A stretch of DNA of 64,000 nucleotides from Vicinamibacterales bacterium (GTDB lineage: Bacteria > Acidobacteriota > Vicinamibacteria > Vicinamibacterales > 2-12-FULL-66-21): positions 1,535 through 65,534 of the forward strand of contig DASXLB010000029.1 in the NCBI GenBank assembly GCA_036496585.1, in the 5' to 3' direction. The translations under genes were made by a program, and so were the position numbers. This document shows, one piece after another, positions 31,955 to 40,947 of this stretch. Position 1 is the first letter of the stretch. Every line of letters starts with the position of its first letter. The notes under the pieces were generated by a model that had not been told where the DNA came from, did no database searches, and worked only from the letters and a program-made list of their open reading frames with translations.

Positions 31955-32416
31955 ATGCGTTCGTTTGTACCCACGGCCGGCCCCAACGGGGTCCACGTGG
32001 AGCGGCAGTGGCATGTCATCGACGCGGAGGGCCAGGTGCTCGGCCGCGTGGCGACCGAGGCGGCCCGGCTGCTGCAGGGCAAGCACAAGGCGATCTATAC
32101 CCCGCACATCGACACCGGCGATCACGTGGTGATCGTGAACGCTGCGAAGGTGCGGTTGACCGGCCGCAAGGAAGAACAGAAGCTCTATCGCTACCACTCG
32201 GGCTACGAGGGGGGCGTGCGTGAAGAGCGCGCCAAGGACGTACGCGTCAAGCAGCCGGCGCGGATTGTCGAGGAAGCGGTGCGCGGCATGCTGCCGAAGA
32301 CACGGATGGGCGAGGCCATGTGGCGCAAGCTGAAGGTCTACGCCGGCGGCACGCACCCGCACGCGCCGCAGCAGCCGAAGGAAAAGAAGCTTACCAGCAG
32401 GAGCGAGGTCGTATAA
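31955..32416 (+). CDS. rplM: 50S ribosomal protein L13
   Basis: ATG 31955 is preceded by the purine-rich 'gagagaggga'. Motifs: 'WHVIDAEGQVLGRVATEAARLLQGKHK' and 'GDHVVIVNA'. The longer upstream track ORF (from 31088) is rejected. Confidence 0.93.
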   Translation: MRSFVPTAGPNGVHVERQWHVIDAEGQVLGRVATEAARLLQGKHKAIYTPHIDTGDHVVIVNAAKVRLTGRKEEQKLYRYHSGYEGGVREERAKDVRVKQPARIVEEAVRGMLPKTRMGEAMWRKLKVYAGGTHPHAPQQPKEKKLTSRSEVV

Positions 32417-32419
32417 GTC

Positions 32420-32815
32420 GTGGCAGCAGCAATCCAGTATTACGGCACCGGCCGGCGCAAGACATCGACGGCCCGAGTATTCCTCAGACCCGGTAGCGGC
32501 GTCGTCACGATCAACCGGAGGCCCCTCGATCAGGCCTTCCCCACCGAAGCGCTCCGCACCCAGATCAGACGACCGCTGGCCATCACCGAAACGACCGACA
32601 AGTTCGACATCCTGGCCACGATCGCCGGCGGCGGCCTGTCCGGCCAGGCTGGCGCGCTGCGGCTCGGCATCGCCCGCGCGCTCGTCGAATACAACCTCGA
32701 GCTGCGGCCGCAGTTGAAGAAGGAAGGCTTCCTGACGCGCGACGCGCGCATCAAGGAGCGCAAGAAGTACGGACAGAAGGGCGCGCGCAAGCGCTTCCAG
32801 TTCAGCAAGCGCTAG
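32420..32815 (+). CDS. rpsI: 30S ribosomal protein S9
   Basis: 131 aa with a GTG start. Motifs: '[16 protein letters not shown]' and the C-terminal '[18 protein letters not shown]'. Confidence 0.93.
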   Translation: MAAAIQYYGTGRRKTSTARVFLRPGSGVVTINRRPLDQAFPTEALRTQIRRPLAITETTDKFDILATIAGGGLSGQAGALRLGIARALVEYNLELRPQLKKEGFLTRDARIKERKKYGQKGARKRFQFSKR

Positions 32816-32817
32816 TC

Positions 32818-33645
32818 ATGGGCTCAGTGGCAGTGAATGATGGAGGGACTTTGAACGGGATCGCGCTGAAGGATCTACTCGAGGCCGGCGTCCACTTCGG
32901 ACATCAGACGAAGCGCTGGAACCCGAAGATGAAGCAGTACATCTTCGGCGAGCGCAACGGGATCTACATCATCGACCTCGCCAAGACGGCCAAGCTGTTC
33001 AAGGACGCCGAACGGTTCATCCACGACCTGGCCGCCGAGGGGCGCACGATTCTGTTCGTCGGCACCAAGCGGCAGGCCCAGGATGCGATCGCGGAAGAAG
33101 CCCAGCGCTCCGGCATGTACTTCGTGAACCAGCGCTGGCTCGGTGGCCTGCTCACCAACTTCACCACCATTCAGCGCAGTCTGGCCCGGCTCCGCGATCT
33201 CGAGGCGATGGAAACCGACGGCCGCTACGAAACCGCGACCAAGAAGGAAATCGCCCAGTTCGAGAAGGAAAAGAAGAAGCTCCAGAAGAACCTGGAAGGC
33301 ATCCGCACGATGAGCCGCCTGCCCGACGCCATCTTCGTGGTCGACACCCGCAAGGAGAAGATCGCGGTCGACGAGGCGCGCAAGCTCAAGATTCCGGTGA
33401 TCGGCGTGGTCGACACCAACTGTGATCCGGACGAAGTCGACTACGTCATCCCCGGCAACGACGACGCGCTGCGCGCCATCCGCCTCTTCGCCAGCAAGGT
33501 CGCCGACGCGGCCATCGCCGGCCGCGGCATCGCCGACGCGAATCGCGGCGACGACGCCGGCGACGGCGACGATCGCGGCCGCCGTTCGCGTCCGAACCGC
33601 CCGGCGCCGCGCGCCGAAGCAGCCACGACACCGGCATCGGTCTAG
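32818..33645 (+). CDS. rpsB: 30S ribosomal protein S2 (with an acidic/arginine-rich C-terminal extension)
   Basis: Motifs '[19 protein letters not shown]', 'IYIIDL' and 'VVDTNCDPD'. It starts 2 nt after the rpsI stop. Confidence 0.93.
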   Translation: MGSVAVNDGGTLNGIALKDLLEAGVHFGHQTKRWNPKMKQYIFGERNGIYIIDLAKTAKLFKDAERFIHDLAAEGRTILFVGTKRQAQDAIAEEAQRSGMYFVNQRWLGGLLTNFTTIQRSLARLRDLEAMETDGRYETATKKEIAQFEKEKKKLQKNLEGIRTMSRLPDAIFVVDTRKEKIAVDEARKLKIPVIGVVDTNCDPDEVDYVIPGNDDALRAIRLFASKVADAAIAGRGIADANRGDDAGDGDDRGRRSRPNRPAPRAEAATTPASV

Positions 33646-33743
33646 GAACGGCAGCAGCCGTTCGATGAACGCCGGCCGAATCCCTGGCCGGCGTTTGTAT
33701 GTACAGCGCCGCCGCAGCAGCAACCCAGTGGAGTGATAAGAGA

Positions 33744-34349
33744 ATGGCGACTATGGCAATTACCGCAGACCAGGTGAAGAAGCTCCGCGACGCGACCGGC
33801 GCGGGGATGATGGAGTGCAAGTCGGCGCTGACCGAGGCCAACGGCGACTTCGAGGGCGCGATGACGCTGCTCCGCAAGCGAGGCCTGGCGACGGCGGCGA
33901 AGAAGGCCGGCCGCGCCACCTCCGAGGGGCTGATCGGCCACTACATCCACATGGGCGGCAAGATCGGCGTGCTCGTCGAGATCAACTGCGAGTCCGATTT
34001 CGTGGCGCGCACCGACAAGTTCCAGGAGCTGACCAGGGAGATCGCGATGCACGTCGCCGCCGCCAGCCCGACCTACGTCCGCCGCGAGGAAGTGCCCGCC
34101 GACGTGATCGCTCGCGAGAAGGACATCTACCGCGACCAGGTGAAGGACAAGCCGGCGCAGGTGATCGACAAGATCGTCGAGGGCAAACTCAACAGCTACT
34201 ACCAGCAGTTCTGCCTGCTGGATCAGGCTTCGGTGCGCGACCCCAATGTCACGATCGGGCAGCTCGTGCAGGACGCCATCCGCATCCTGGGCGAGAACAT
34301 CACGGTCGCGCGCTTCGTCCGCATGAAGGTGGGCGAACAAACGGCCTGA
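33744..34349 (+). CDS. tsf: Elongation factor Ts (short form)
   Basis: 'ITADQVKKLRDATGAGMMECKSAL' is the UBA-like N-terminus. ATG 33744 lies 10 nt after GGAG. An alternative ATG is at 33753. Confidence 0.9.
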   Translation: MATMAITADQVKKLRDATGAGMMECKSALTEANGDFEGAMTLLRKRGLATAAKKAGRATSEGLIGHYIHMGGKIGVLVEINCESDFVARTDKFQELTREIAMHVAAASPTYVRREEVPADVIAREKDIYRDQVKDKPAQVIDKIVEGKLNSYYQQFCLLDQASVRDPNVTIGQLVQDAIRILGENITVARFVRMKVGEQTA

Positions 34350-34352
34350 AAC

Positions 34353-34394
34353 ATCGGGTGATCGGGTGATCACCCGATTACCCGATCACCCGAT
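34353..34394. repeat. Perfect 15-bp inverted repeat built from ATCGGGTG / CACCCGAT octamers, between tsf and pyrH
   Basis: ATCGGGTGATCGGGT (34353-34367) is the exact reverse complement of ACCCGATCACCCGAT (34380-34394). The 12-nt loop contains a third CACCCGAT copy, which allows an alternative inner hairpin, CGGGT-GATC-ACCCG. The repeat is followed by TATAAT (34394-34399). Confidence 0.6.
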
Positions 34395-34407
34395 ATAATT
34401 GCGGGAT

Positions 34408-35124
34408 ATGACAGCGCGTTACGAGCGGGTCCTGCTGAAGCTCTCCGGTGAAGCCCTGATGGGGGAACACCAGTTCGGCATTGACCCCGCCGTGACGACC
34501 CAGATCGCCAAGGACATCGCCGAGATCCAGGGGCTCGGCGTCCAGGTCGGCGTGGTCATCGGCGGCGGCAATCTGTTCCGGGGCCTGGCGGCGAGCGCCA
34601 AGGGAATGGACCGGGCGACCGCCGACTACATGGGCATGCTGGCCACCGTGATCAACGGCCTGGCCCTGCAGGATTCTCTCGAGAAGAACGGCGTCACCAC
34701 CCGCGTGCTGAGCGCCATCGAGATGCGCGCGGTCGCCGAACCCTTCATCCGCCGCCGCGCCGTCCGCCACCTCGAAAAAGGCCGCGTCGTCGTTTTCGCC
34801 GCCGGTACCGGCAATCCCTATTTCACGACCGACACCGCGGCGGCCTTGCGTGCGATGGAGATCAAGGCCGACGTGATCCTCAAGGGCACCAAGGTCGACG
34901 GCATCTATACCGCCGATCCGATGCTCGATCCGACGGCGACCAAGTACGAGCGCATCTCGTACATCCAGGTCCTCGGACGCGGCTTGAAGGTCATGGACGC
35001 GACCGCCATTTCCCTGTGCATGGACAACAAGCTGCCGATCGTGGTGTTCAACCTGCGCACGGCGGGCAACATCCGCCGCGTGATCACGGGCGAGACCGTC
35101 GGCACCACCGTCACCGCTGAATGA
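34408..35124 (+). CDS. pyrH: UMP kinase
   Basis: Motifs '[11 protein letters not shown]', '[11 protein letters not shown]' and '[17 protein letters not shown]'. ATG is at 34408; the track begins at a TTG 9 nt upstream. Confidence 0.93.
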   Translation: MTARYERVLLKLSGEALMGEHQFGIDPAVTTQIAKDIAEIQGLGVQVGVVIGGGNLFRGLAASAKGMDRATADYMGMLATVINGLALQDSLEKNGVTTRVLSAIEMRAVAEPFIRRRAVRHLEKGRVVVFAAGTGNPYFTTDTAAALRAMEIKADVILKGTKVDGIYTADPMLDPTATKYERISYIQVLGRGLKVMDATAISLCMDNKLPIVVFNLRTAGNIRRVITGETVGTTVTAE

Positions 35125-35130
35125 GGACAT

Positions 35131-35700
35131 ATGGACGTCAGTGATCTGAAGGGGCTGTTTGGCGAAGTCAAGACGCGCATGGACGGTCAGCTCGACCACG
35201 TGCGCCGCGAGCTTGGCGGCGTGCGCACGGGCCGCGCCTCGGTCAACATCCTCGACGCCGTGCACGTCGACGCGTACGGCTCGGCCTTGCCGCTGAACCA
35301 GGTCGCATCGCTGTCGGTGCCGGAGCCAACGTTGATCGTCGCGCAGCCGTTCGATCCGTCGCTGCTCGGCGCGATCGAAAAGGCGATCCGAGGCGCCAAC
35401 CTCGGCCTCAACCCCGCCAACGACGGCAAGGTCGTCCGCATCCCGCTGCCGGCGCTCACCGAGGAGCGCCGCAAGGAGATGTCGAAACTGGTGCACAAAT
35501 TCGCCGAGGACGGGCGCAACGGCGTCCGCCAGGTGCGCCGCGACGCGAACGACAAGCTGAAGAAGCTCCTCAAGGACCACACGATCTCCGAAGACGACGA
35601 GCGCAAGAGCCTCGACGAGGTCCAGAAGATCACCGACCAGCACGTTGCCCTGATCGACGACATCCAGAAGAAGAAGGACGCGGAGCTGCTCGGAAAGTAG
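35131..35700 (+). CDS. frr: Ribosome recycling factor
   Basis: 189 aa. Motifs 'VRTGRASVNILD', 'IPLPALTEERRKE' and 'ISEDDERK'. Confidence 0.93.
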   Translation: MDVSDLKGLFGEVKTRMDGQLDHVRRELGGVRTGRASVNILDAVHVDAYGSALPLNQVASLSVPEPTLIVAQPFDPSLLGAIEKAIRGANLGLNPANDGKVVRIPLPALTEERRKEMSKLVHKFAEDGRNGVRQVRRDANDKLKKLLKDHTISEDDERKSLDEVQKITDQHVALIDDIQKKKDAELLGK

Positions 35701-35733
35701 CCGATCGGCGCCATCGCCCGTCGGCCTCCGCCA

Positions 35734-36909
35734 ATGAGCTTCTTCACCGACCTCCAATGCAGCGTCCCCTGCAGCGCTGAGCGCTACGACGGGCGGGTGG
35801 AACAACACCTCTGCCCCACATGCGGCATGCCGCTGCTCGCCCGCTACGACCTGGCCGCCGCGCGCGCCTGGAGGCGGGACTCGCTCGCCGGCCGCGAGGC
35901 GTCGATGTGGCGCTATCGCGAGATGATGCCGCTCTTCGACGGCGAGCAGCCGGTATCGCTTGGCGAAGGCTGGACGCCGCTCATTCACTCGGCGAGACTC
36001 GGCGCGGCGCTCGGACTCCCCCGCCTCTTCGTCAAGGACGAATCGCTCAATCCGACCAACTCGTTCAAGGCGCGCGGACTGTCGGCCGCGGTGACCAGGG
36101 CGAAGTACCTCGGCGCCAGGACGCTGTCCGTGCCGTCGGCTGGCAACGCCGCGAACGCGATGGCCGCCTATGCGGCGGCGGCGGGCATTCCAGCCCGGGT
36201 CTTCATGCCGAAGGACGTCAAGGTCCCCTTCATCCGCGAGTGCGAGCTCTACGGCGCCGACGTCACGCTCGTCGACGGCCTGATCACCGACGCCGGCCGC
36301 GTCGCCGCCGAGCAAGGCAAGCCGCTCGGCTGGTACGACGTCTCGACGCTGAAAGAGCCTTACCGCATCGAAGGAAAAAAGACGATGGCCTACGAGCTGG
36401 GGGAACAGCTCGACTGGCAGTTCCCCGACTGGATCGTCTATCCGACCGGCGGCGGCACCGGCATGGTCGGGATGTGGAAGGCGTTCGAGGAAATGGAAGC
36501 GATCGGCTGGAAGCAGCCGGGACGCCGGCCGAAAATGGTCTCGGTGCAGGCCGAGCACTGCGCGCCGATCGTCAAGGCCTTCGACGAAGGCAGGGAACGC
36601 TCGGAGCTCTACCCCAACGCGCGCACGGTGGCCGACGGCCTGCGCGTGCCGAAGGCGATCGGCGACTTCCTCGTCCTGCGCGCGGTGCGCGAGAGCGGTG
36701 GCACCGCGCTCGCCGTCTCCGACGCCGAGATGGTGCGCGACATGAAAGAGCTGGGCGCGATGGAGGGGATCAGCGCGGCACCCGAGGGCGGCGCGGCGCT
36801 CTCAGCGCTCAAGCACTTGCTGGCCCGCGGCCTCGTCGCCTCCTCCGACACCGTGGTGCTCTTCAACACCGGCGGCGCGCTCAAGTACCTCGATGTGCTC
36901 GAGCGGTAA
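35734..36909 (+). CDS. thrC: Threonine synthase (PLP-dependent, with an N-terminal zinc-ribbon-like segment)
   Basis: 391 aa. The PLP lysine motif is 'NPTNSFKARGLS'. Also present: 'CPTCGMPL' and 'PTGGGTGMVG'. Confidence 0.85.
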   Translation: MSFFTDLQCSVPCSAERYDGRVEQHLCPTCGMPLLARYDLAAARAWRRDSLAGREASMWRYREMMPLFDGEQPVSLGEGWTPLIHSARLGAALGLPRLFVKDESLNPTNSFKARGLSAAVTRAKYLGARTLSVPSAGNAANAMAAYAAAAGIPARVFMPKDVKVPFIRECELYGADVTLVDGLITDAGRVAAEQGKPLGWYDVSTLKEPYRIEGKKTMAYELGEQLDWQFPDWIVYPTGGGTGMVGMWKAFEEMEAIGWKQPGRRPKMVSVQAEHCAPIVKAFDEGRERSELYPNARTVADGLRVPKAIGDFLVLRAVRESGGTALAVSDAEMVRDMKELGAMEGISAAPEGGAALSALKHLLARGLVASSDTVVLFNTGGALKYLDVLER

Positions 36910-36940
36910 CGATTCGCTCCGCAGTTGACGCGTCTGCGCG

Positions 36941-38488
36941 TCAGTCGTTCATCACGAACGCCCACAGCGTGTCGCCGGCGCCCACCACCACGTACTGCAG
37001 CCCGTCCATCTCGTAGGTGATCGCTCCGTTGCTGACCGGCGCGCGGAGGCTCGCGTGCCACAGCGGATCGCCGGTCGCCGCGTTCAGCGCGACGAAATTG
37101 CCGCTCGATCCGTCGCCCGTGAAGAGCAGGTTGCCCGCCGTGGTCAGGATGCCCGACATGCCGCCCCCTTCCCACGCATGGCTCCAGCGCACCTTGCCGG
37201 TCTTGTAGTCGACGGCCTGCACCTTGTACTGGGACCACCCGCCGCGGTCGGTGCCGCCCCATCCCTGCGGGTTGTCGCCCGGATCGTAGATGTACCAGAC
37301 GCTGTAGGCCTGCGCCGCGCTGACGTAGAACAGCCCCGTCTGCGGATTGAACGACGGCGGCGGCCAATTCGCGGCGCCCCCCTGGTTCGGCGTCACCAGC
37401 GCGCCGGCGATCTGCGGGTTCTTGTCGGGGTTCGGGATCGGCTGTCCCCTCTCGTTGAAACCGGTGGACCAGTTGGTGTGCACGAACTCCGACGAGACGA
37501 GCGCCTTGCCGGTGGCGCGATCGAGGACGTAGAACTTGCCGTTGCGCGACGCCTGCGCCAGCAGCTTGCGCGGCTGCCCGTCGAACTCGCCGTCGAAGAG
37601 GACCGGCGTCTGCGTCGCGTCCCAGTCGTGCGTGTCGTGCGGCGACGACTGGAAGTACCACTTCATCGTCCCGTCATCCGGATTCAGCGCCACGATGCTG
37701 GCGGTGAACAGGTTGTCGCCCATCCGGTTCTTGAACGCGACGACCGGCTGCGGGTTGCCGGTGGTGACATAGATCAGGTTCAGTTCTTGATCGTAGGTGA
37801 CTGGCTGCCAGGTCATGCCGCCGCCATGCTGCGCCGCCTCGAGGTTCGGCCACGACTCGATCCCGGCGTCGCCGGCCTTCTGCGGCACGACGTACCAGCG
37901 CCATTCGCGCTCGCCCGTCTCGGCGTCGTGCGATTCGAGATAGCCCGGCACGTCGAGATCGTCGCCGCTGACGCCGGCGATCACGTGGGTGCCGACGATG
38001 ATCGGCGCGACCGAGGCGTAATAGTACTGATCGAGGTTGCAGAGATTCTTGCGCCAGCGCTCCTTGCCGTCCTTGATCGTCAGCGACACGAGGTTGCAGT
38101 CGCGCGTCTCGACGTAGAGGTAGTCGCCCTTGACGGCGGCGCCGCGATTGCCGATCGGAATGCCGCCGAGCGACTTGTTCTCCCAGTGCCAGATCTCGCG
38201 GCTGCTACGCGCGTCGATCGCCCAGACGTGGTCCGGCGCGGTGAGATAGATGACGCCGTTGATCATCAGCGGCGTGCCCTTGATCGGGCCGGCGCCAGGT
38301 GCGCTCAGGCGGTAGGTCCACGCCAGGCTCAGGTGCTGCACGTTCTTGTCGGTGACCTTGGTCAGCGTGCTGAAGCGGCGGCCGGTGTAGTCGCCGTTGT
38401 AGCTGGGCCACGCGTCGGTCGGCATCGGCTGCTGCGCGGCGAGCGCCGCCGAGGACAGCAGGACGGCGAGGAGCATGAATCGCTTCAT
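36941..38488 (-). CDS. PQQ-dependent dehydrogenase (beta-propeller quinoprotein, methanol/ethanol-family-like), secreted
   Basis: Signal peptide 'MKRFMLLAVLLSSAALAAQQ'. Motifs: 'WPSYNGDYTGRRFSTL', 'GTPLMINGVIYLTAPDHVWAIDARSSREIWHW' and repeated W-containing propeller blades. No vicinal Cys-Cys precedes the '...IGNRGAA' segment. Confidence 0.85.
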   Translation of the reverse strand: MKRFMLLAVLLSSAALAAQQPMPTDAWPSYNGDYTGRRFSTLTKVTDKNVQHLSLAWTYRLSAPGAGPIKGTPLMINGVIYLTAPDHVWAIDARSSREIWHWENKSLGGIPIGNRGAAVKGDYLYVETRDCNLVSLTIKDGKERWRKNLCNLDQYYYASVAPIIVGTHVIAGVSGDDLDVPGYLESHDAETGEREWRWYVVPQKAGDAGIESWPNLEAAQHGGGMTWQPVTYDQELNLIYVTTGNPQPVVAFKNRMGDNLFTASIVALNPDDGTMKWYFQSSPHDTHDWDATQTPVLFDGEFDGQPRKLLAQASRNGKFYVLDRATGKALVSSEFVHTNWSTGFNERGQPIPNPDKNPQIAGALVTPNQGGAANWPPPSFNPQTGLFYVSAAQAYSVWYIYDPGDNPQGWGGTDRGGWSQYKVQAVDYKTGKVRWSHAWEGGGMSGILTTAGNLLFTGDGSSGNFVALNAATGDPLWHASLRAPVSNGAITYEMDGLQYVVVGAGDTLWAFVMND

Positions 38489-39603
38489 TTCAGTGTCCAG
38501 AGATACGCGACGACGTCGTGGATCTGGGTGTCGGTGATGTGCTCGAGCAGCGCAACGTGCGCCGCAAATGGATCGTCCTTGACGACCTCGACGCCGGGCG
38601 CGCGGCGGAAGGTGCGGGGCTGCCCGTCTTCGGCGCGGAGCGTGACGTTGAAGTCGTCCATCTGGACGAGCTCACCGGTCACTGCCTGGCCAGACGGCGG
38701 CGTCACCGTGACGCGCACGACCGGTGCGGGCCGGCTGCCGGCGGCGCGGCGCGCGCTCACGACCCCCGCGGGGAACAGGAAACGCTGCTGCAGATTGACC
38801 GGCTCCGTGAAACGGCCGCCGATGCCGGCAAGGTCGCCAGTCGCCGAGTGGCAGTGCGCGCAGCCGCCCTCGCCGCTGAAATACGTGGCGCCCGCCTTCG
38901 CGTCGCCGACGAGGATGTTCCCCGGCTTGAACATCGGCGCGCCGCGCAGGGTATCGTTCAGGCGCGAGCGCAGGAGATGCGCGAAGAGCAGCACCTGCGT
39001 GTCGGTCGGCTCGAGAATCTTCCCCGACGGCAGCTTCGGATGTTGCGACCGCAGGTAGGGGCCGATCTGGCTGCCGTAGCGATCGCTCAGCACGAGCAGC
39101 GAGCGCACCAGGTTCGGTCCTTTCGGCGTCCCGCGCGCATCCTTACCGTGACAGACCGCGCAGTCTTCCGTCCACAGCGGCTCGGCGCTCTCGACGGCCT
39201 TCGCATCGACGATCGGCTTGTCGTCGGCGCCCGGCGACCAGCCACCGGTACTGGGAGCCGTCAGCCCGTACTTCTCCGACAGGAAGTCGACGACGGCCGC
39301 GAAGTCGTCCGGTGTGCCGCGGGCGCCGCGGCCGACCATGTTCTCGATCGTCGCTTCCCACTGCGCGCGGGTACGGCGGATGGCGACGACGTTCTCGAAG
39401 GGGTGACACTGCGTGCACAGGCGGCGCGCGGTCGCCTCCCGCGCGTCCGACCCGCCGCCGGTCGCCGGGGGACGGGCTACCTGCCCCGCCGCGGCGGGCC
39501 GCTGAGGAGCCGCTCCACGCTGCGCGCCGGCCGACGCCGTCAGCGCCACCACCCACATGCCCGCCGCAACCGGGGTCAGCACTCGCCTCGGGAAAGAAAA
39601 CAT
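38485..39603 (-). CDS. Triheme c-type cytochrome, secreted
   Basis: It has a signal peptide and three CXXCH motifs: 'CTQCH', 'CAVCH' and 'CAHCH'. Its stop forms an ATGA overlap with the start of the downstream PQQ dehydrogenase gene. Confidence 0.8.
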   Translation of the reverse strand: MFSFPRRVLTPVAAGMWVVALTASAGAQRGAAPQRPAAAGQVARPPATGGGSDAREATARRLCTQCHPFENVVAIRRTRAQWEATIENMVGRGARGTPDDFAAVVDFLSEKYGLTAPSTGGWSPGADDKPIVDAKAVESAEPLWTEDCAVCHGKDARGTPKGPNLVRSLLVLSDRYGSQIGPYLRSQHPKLPSGKILEPTDTQVLLFAHLLRSRLNDTLRGAPMFKPGNILVGDAKAGATYFSGEGGCAHCHSATGDLAGIGGRFTEPVNLQQRFLFPAGVVSARRAAGSRPAPVVRVTVTPPSGQAVTGELVQMDDFNVTLRAEDGQPRTFRRAPGVEVVKDDPFAAHVALLEHITDTQIHDVVAYLWTLK

Positions 39604-39643
39604 GCGCGCCGATTATACTTGCCGCGATGTTGAAGGAGGATTC

Positions 39644-40513
39644 ATGGCTACCTTGACCAGGCGCGAGGCGCTCGGCGCCACGCTGGGACTGACGGCATTC
39701 ACGGCACACTCGTTTGCGCAGGGCACCACGCCGCCCGACGGACGCGTCGTCAAGAGCGGCCGCTTGAAACAGTCGGTGTCGCGCTGGTGCTACGGCAAGA
39801 TTCCGATGCCGGAGTTCTGCGACGCCGTGAAGGCGATGGGACTGACGGCGATCGACCTGCTCGAGGAGCCGGAGTGGCAGGTGGTCGCCGACCATGGCCT
39901 CGTCTGCTCGATGGCCTATGCGGGCGGCGGATCGATCAAGGACGGCCTCAACTACACCCGCAACCACGACGCCATCGTCAAGGGCTTCACCGAGAAGATC
40001 CCGAAGGCGGCGAAGATGCGGATTCCCAACGTCATCACCTTTTTCGGCAACCGCATGGGGCTCGGCGACCCGGAGGCCAAGGCCAACTGCATCGACGGCT
40101 TGAACAAGGTGAAGAAGCTCGGCGAGGACAACGGGGTGACGATCTGCGTGGAGCTGCTCAACAGCAAGGTCGATCACAAGGACTATCAGGGCGATCACAC
40201 CGCGTTCGGCCTCGAGATCGTCAAGGCGGTCAACTCGCCGCGCGTCAAGCTGCTCTACGACGCGTATCACATGCAGATCATGGAGGGCGATCTGATCAGG
40301 ACGATCCGCGACACCAAGGACTGGATCGCGCACGTCCACACCGGCGGCGTGCCCGGACGGCACGAGATCGACGGCACCCAGGAAGTGAACTGGCGCGCCA
40401 TCGCGCAGGCGCTGGTCGACGTCGGGTTCCCGGGCTACATGGCGCACGAATTCGTCCCGACGCGGGATCCGTTGACGTCGCTGCGGGAAGCGGTCGCGCT
40501 GTGTGACGTCTAG
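39644..40513 (+). CDS. Tat-exported xylose-isomerase-like TIM-barrel protein (hydroxypyruvate isomerase / sugar-phosphate isomerase-epimerase family)
   Basis: ATG 39644 follows 'gaaggagga'. The twin-arginine signal is 'MATLTRREALGATLGLTAF'. Motifs: 'ICVELLNSKVDHKDYQGDH' and 'LLYDAYHMQIMEGD...HVHTGG'. Confidence 0.8.
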   Translation: MATLTRREALGATLGLTAFTAHSFAQGTTPPDGRVVKSGRLKQSVSRWCYGKIPMPEFCDAVKAMGLTAIDLLEEPEWQVVADHGLVCSMAYAGGGSIKDGLNYTRNHDAIVKGFTEKIPKAAKMRIPNVITFFGNRMGLGDPEAKANCIDGLNKVKKLGEDNGVTICVELLNSKVDHKDYQGDHTAFGLEIVKAVNSPRVKLLYDAYHMQIMEGDLIRTIRDTKDWIAHVHTGGVPGRHEIDGTQEVNWRAIAQALVDVGFPGYMAHEFVPTRDPLTSLREAVALCDV

Positions 40514-40542
40514 CGCCGGGAGGAAGATTGCGTGGGGCTTCG

Positions 40543-40571
40543 TTGCTCTCAAATGCAGGCAATGGTAGACT
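40543..40571 (+). promoter_or_regulatory. Candidate promoter for tRNA-Ala (TTGCTC-N17-TAGACT)
   Basis: TTGCTC is at 40543-40548, a 17-nt spacer follows, and TAGACT is at 40566-40571. This is about 35 nt upstream of the mature tRNA 5' end. Confidence 0.3.
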
Positions 40572-40605
40572 TACGCGTTCGCATCACTGCGCGGATCGTG
40601 AGTGG

Positions 40606-40681
40606 GGGCGCGTAGCTCAGCTGGGAGAGCGCTGCGTTCGCAATGCAGAGGCCGAGAGTTCGATCCTCTCCGCGTCCACCA
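40606..40681 (+). tRNA. tRNA-Ala (anticodon CGC), CCA encoded
   Basis: Manually folded cloverleaf. The acceptor is GGGCGCG/CGCGTCC with the G3:U70 Ala identity pair. The D arm is GCTC-AGCTGGGA-GAGC. The anticodon arm is CTGCG-TTCGCAA-TGCAG, giving anticodon CGC. The variable loop is AGGCC. The T arm is GAGAG-TTCGATC-CTCTC. Discriminator A, then CCA. Confidence 0.93.
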
Positions 40682-40712
40682 ACCGTTTCCGAAAGCAATT
40701 TCGCGATTTCAG

Positions 40713-40743
40713 CGGCCTCCACCTCGGAGGCCGTTGTCGTTTG
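40713..40743 (+). terminator. Candidate intrinsic terminator after tRNA-Ala
   Basis: An 8-bp GC-rich stem, CGGCCTCC (40713-40720) paired with GGAGGCCG (40726-40733), has a 5-nt loop. It is followed by the T-rich 'ttgtcgtttgt'. Confidence 0.55.
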
Positions 40744-40917
40744 TGGCGGGAGTGTGCCGCGCCGGCGGCGTGAACGTTCGACGCCGGGCATCCGGCTTCC
40801 GCTCAGTTCCGAATCGATCGCTTATGCGTAGTCGGCGCGCATTTCCACTGCGTCATGGCCCCACTGCCTGCGCACCACATCCGGATTGTTGACGACACTT
40901 CTGCGCCAAGTTCTTGA

Positions 40918-40946
40918 CAGCAGTCTTACTATGCGTAAGACTGCTG
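40918..40946. promoter_or_regulatory. Perfect 12-bp inverted repeat (candidate operator) overlapping a TTGACA box, directly upstream of the wHTH regulator gene
   Basis: CAGCAGTCTTAC (40918-40929), a 5-bp spacer, then GTAAGACTGCTG (40935-40946). TTGACA is at 40914-40919. The regulator's GTG start is at 40948. Confidence 0.5.
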
Positions 40947-40947
40947 C

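Noticed and set aside
34378-36558. 726-aa minus-strand ORF; similarly 9700-12066 (788 aa), 37055-39058 (667 aa), 48621-50207 (528 aa) and 6954-8429 (491 aa)
   Set aside because: Each lies antisense to well-supported genes (pyrH/frr/thrC, pyrG/kdsA, PQQ-DH/cytochrome, secretin, serA). None has any recognisable motif. They are GC-driven open frames.
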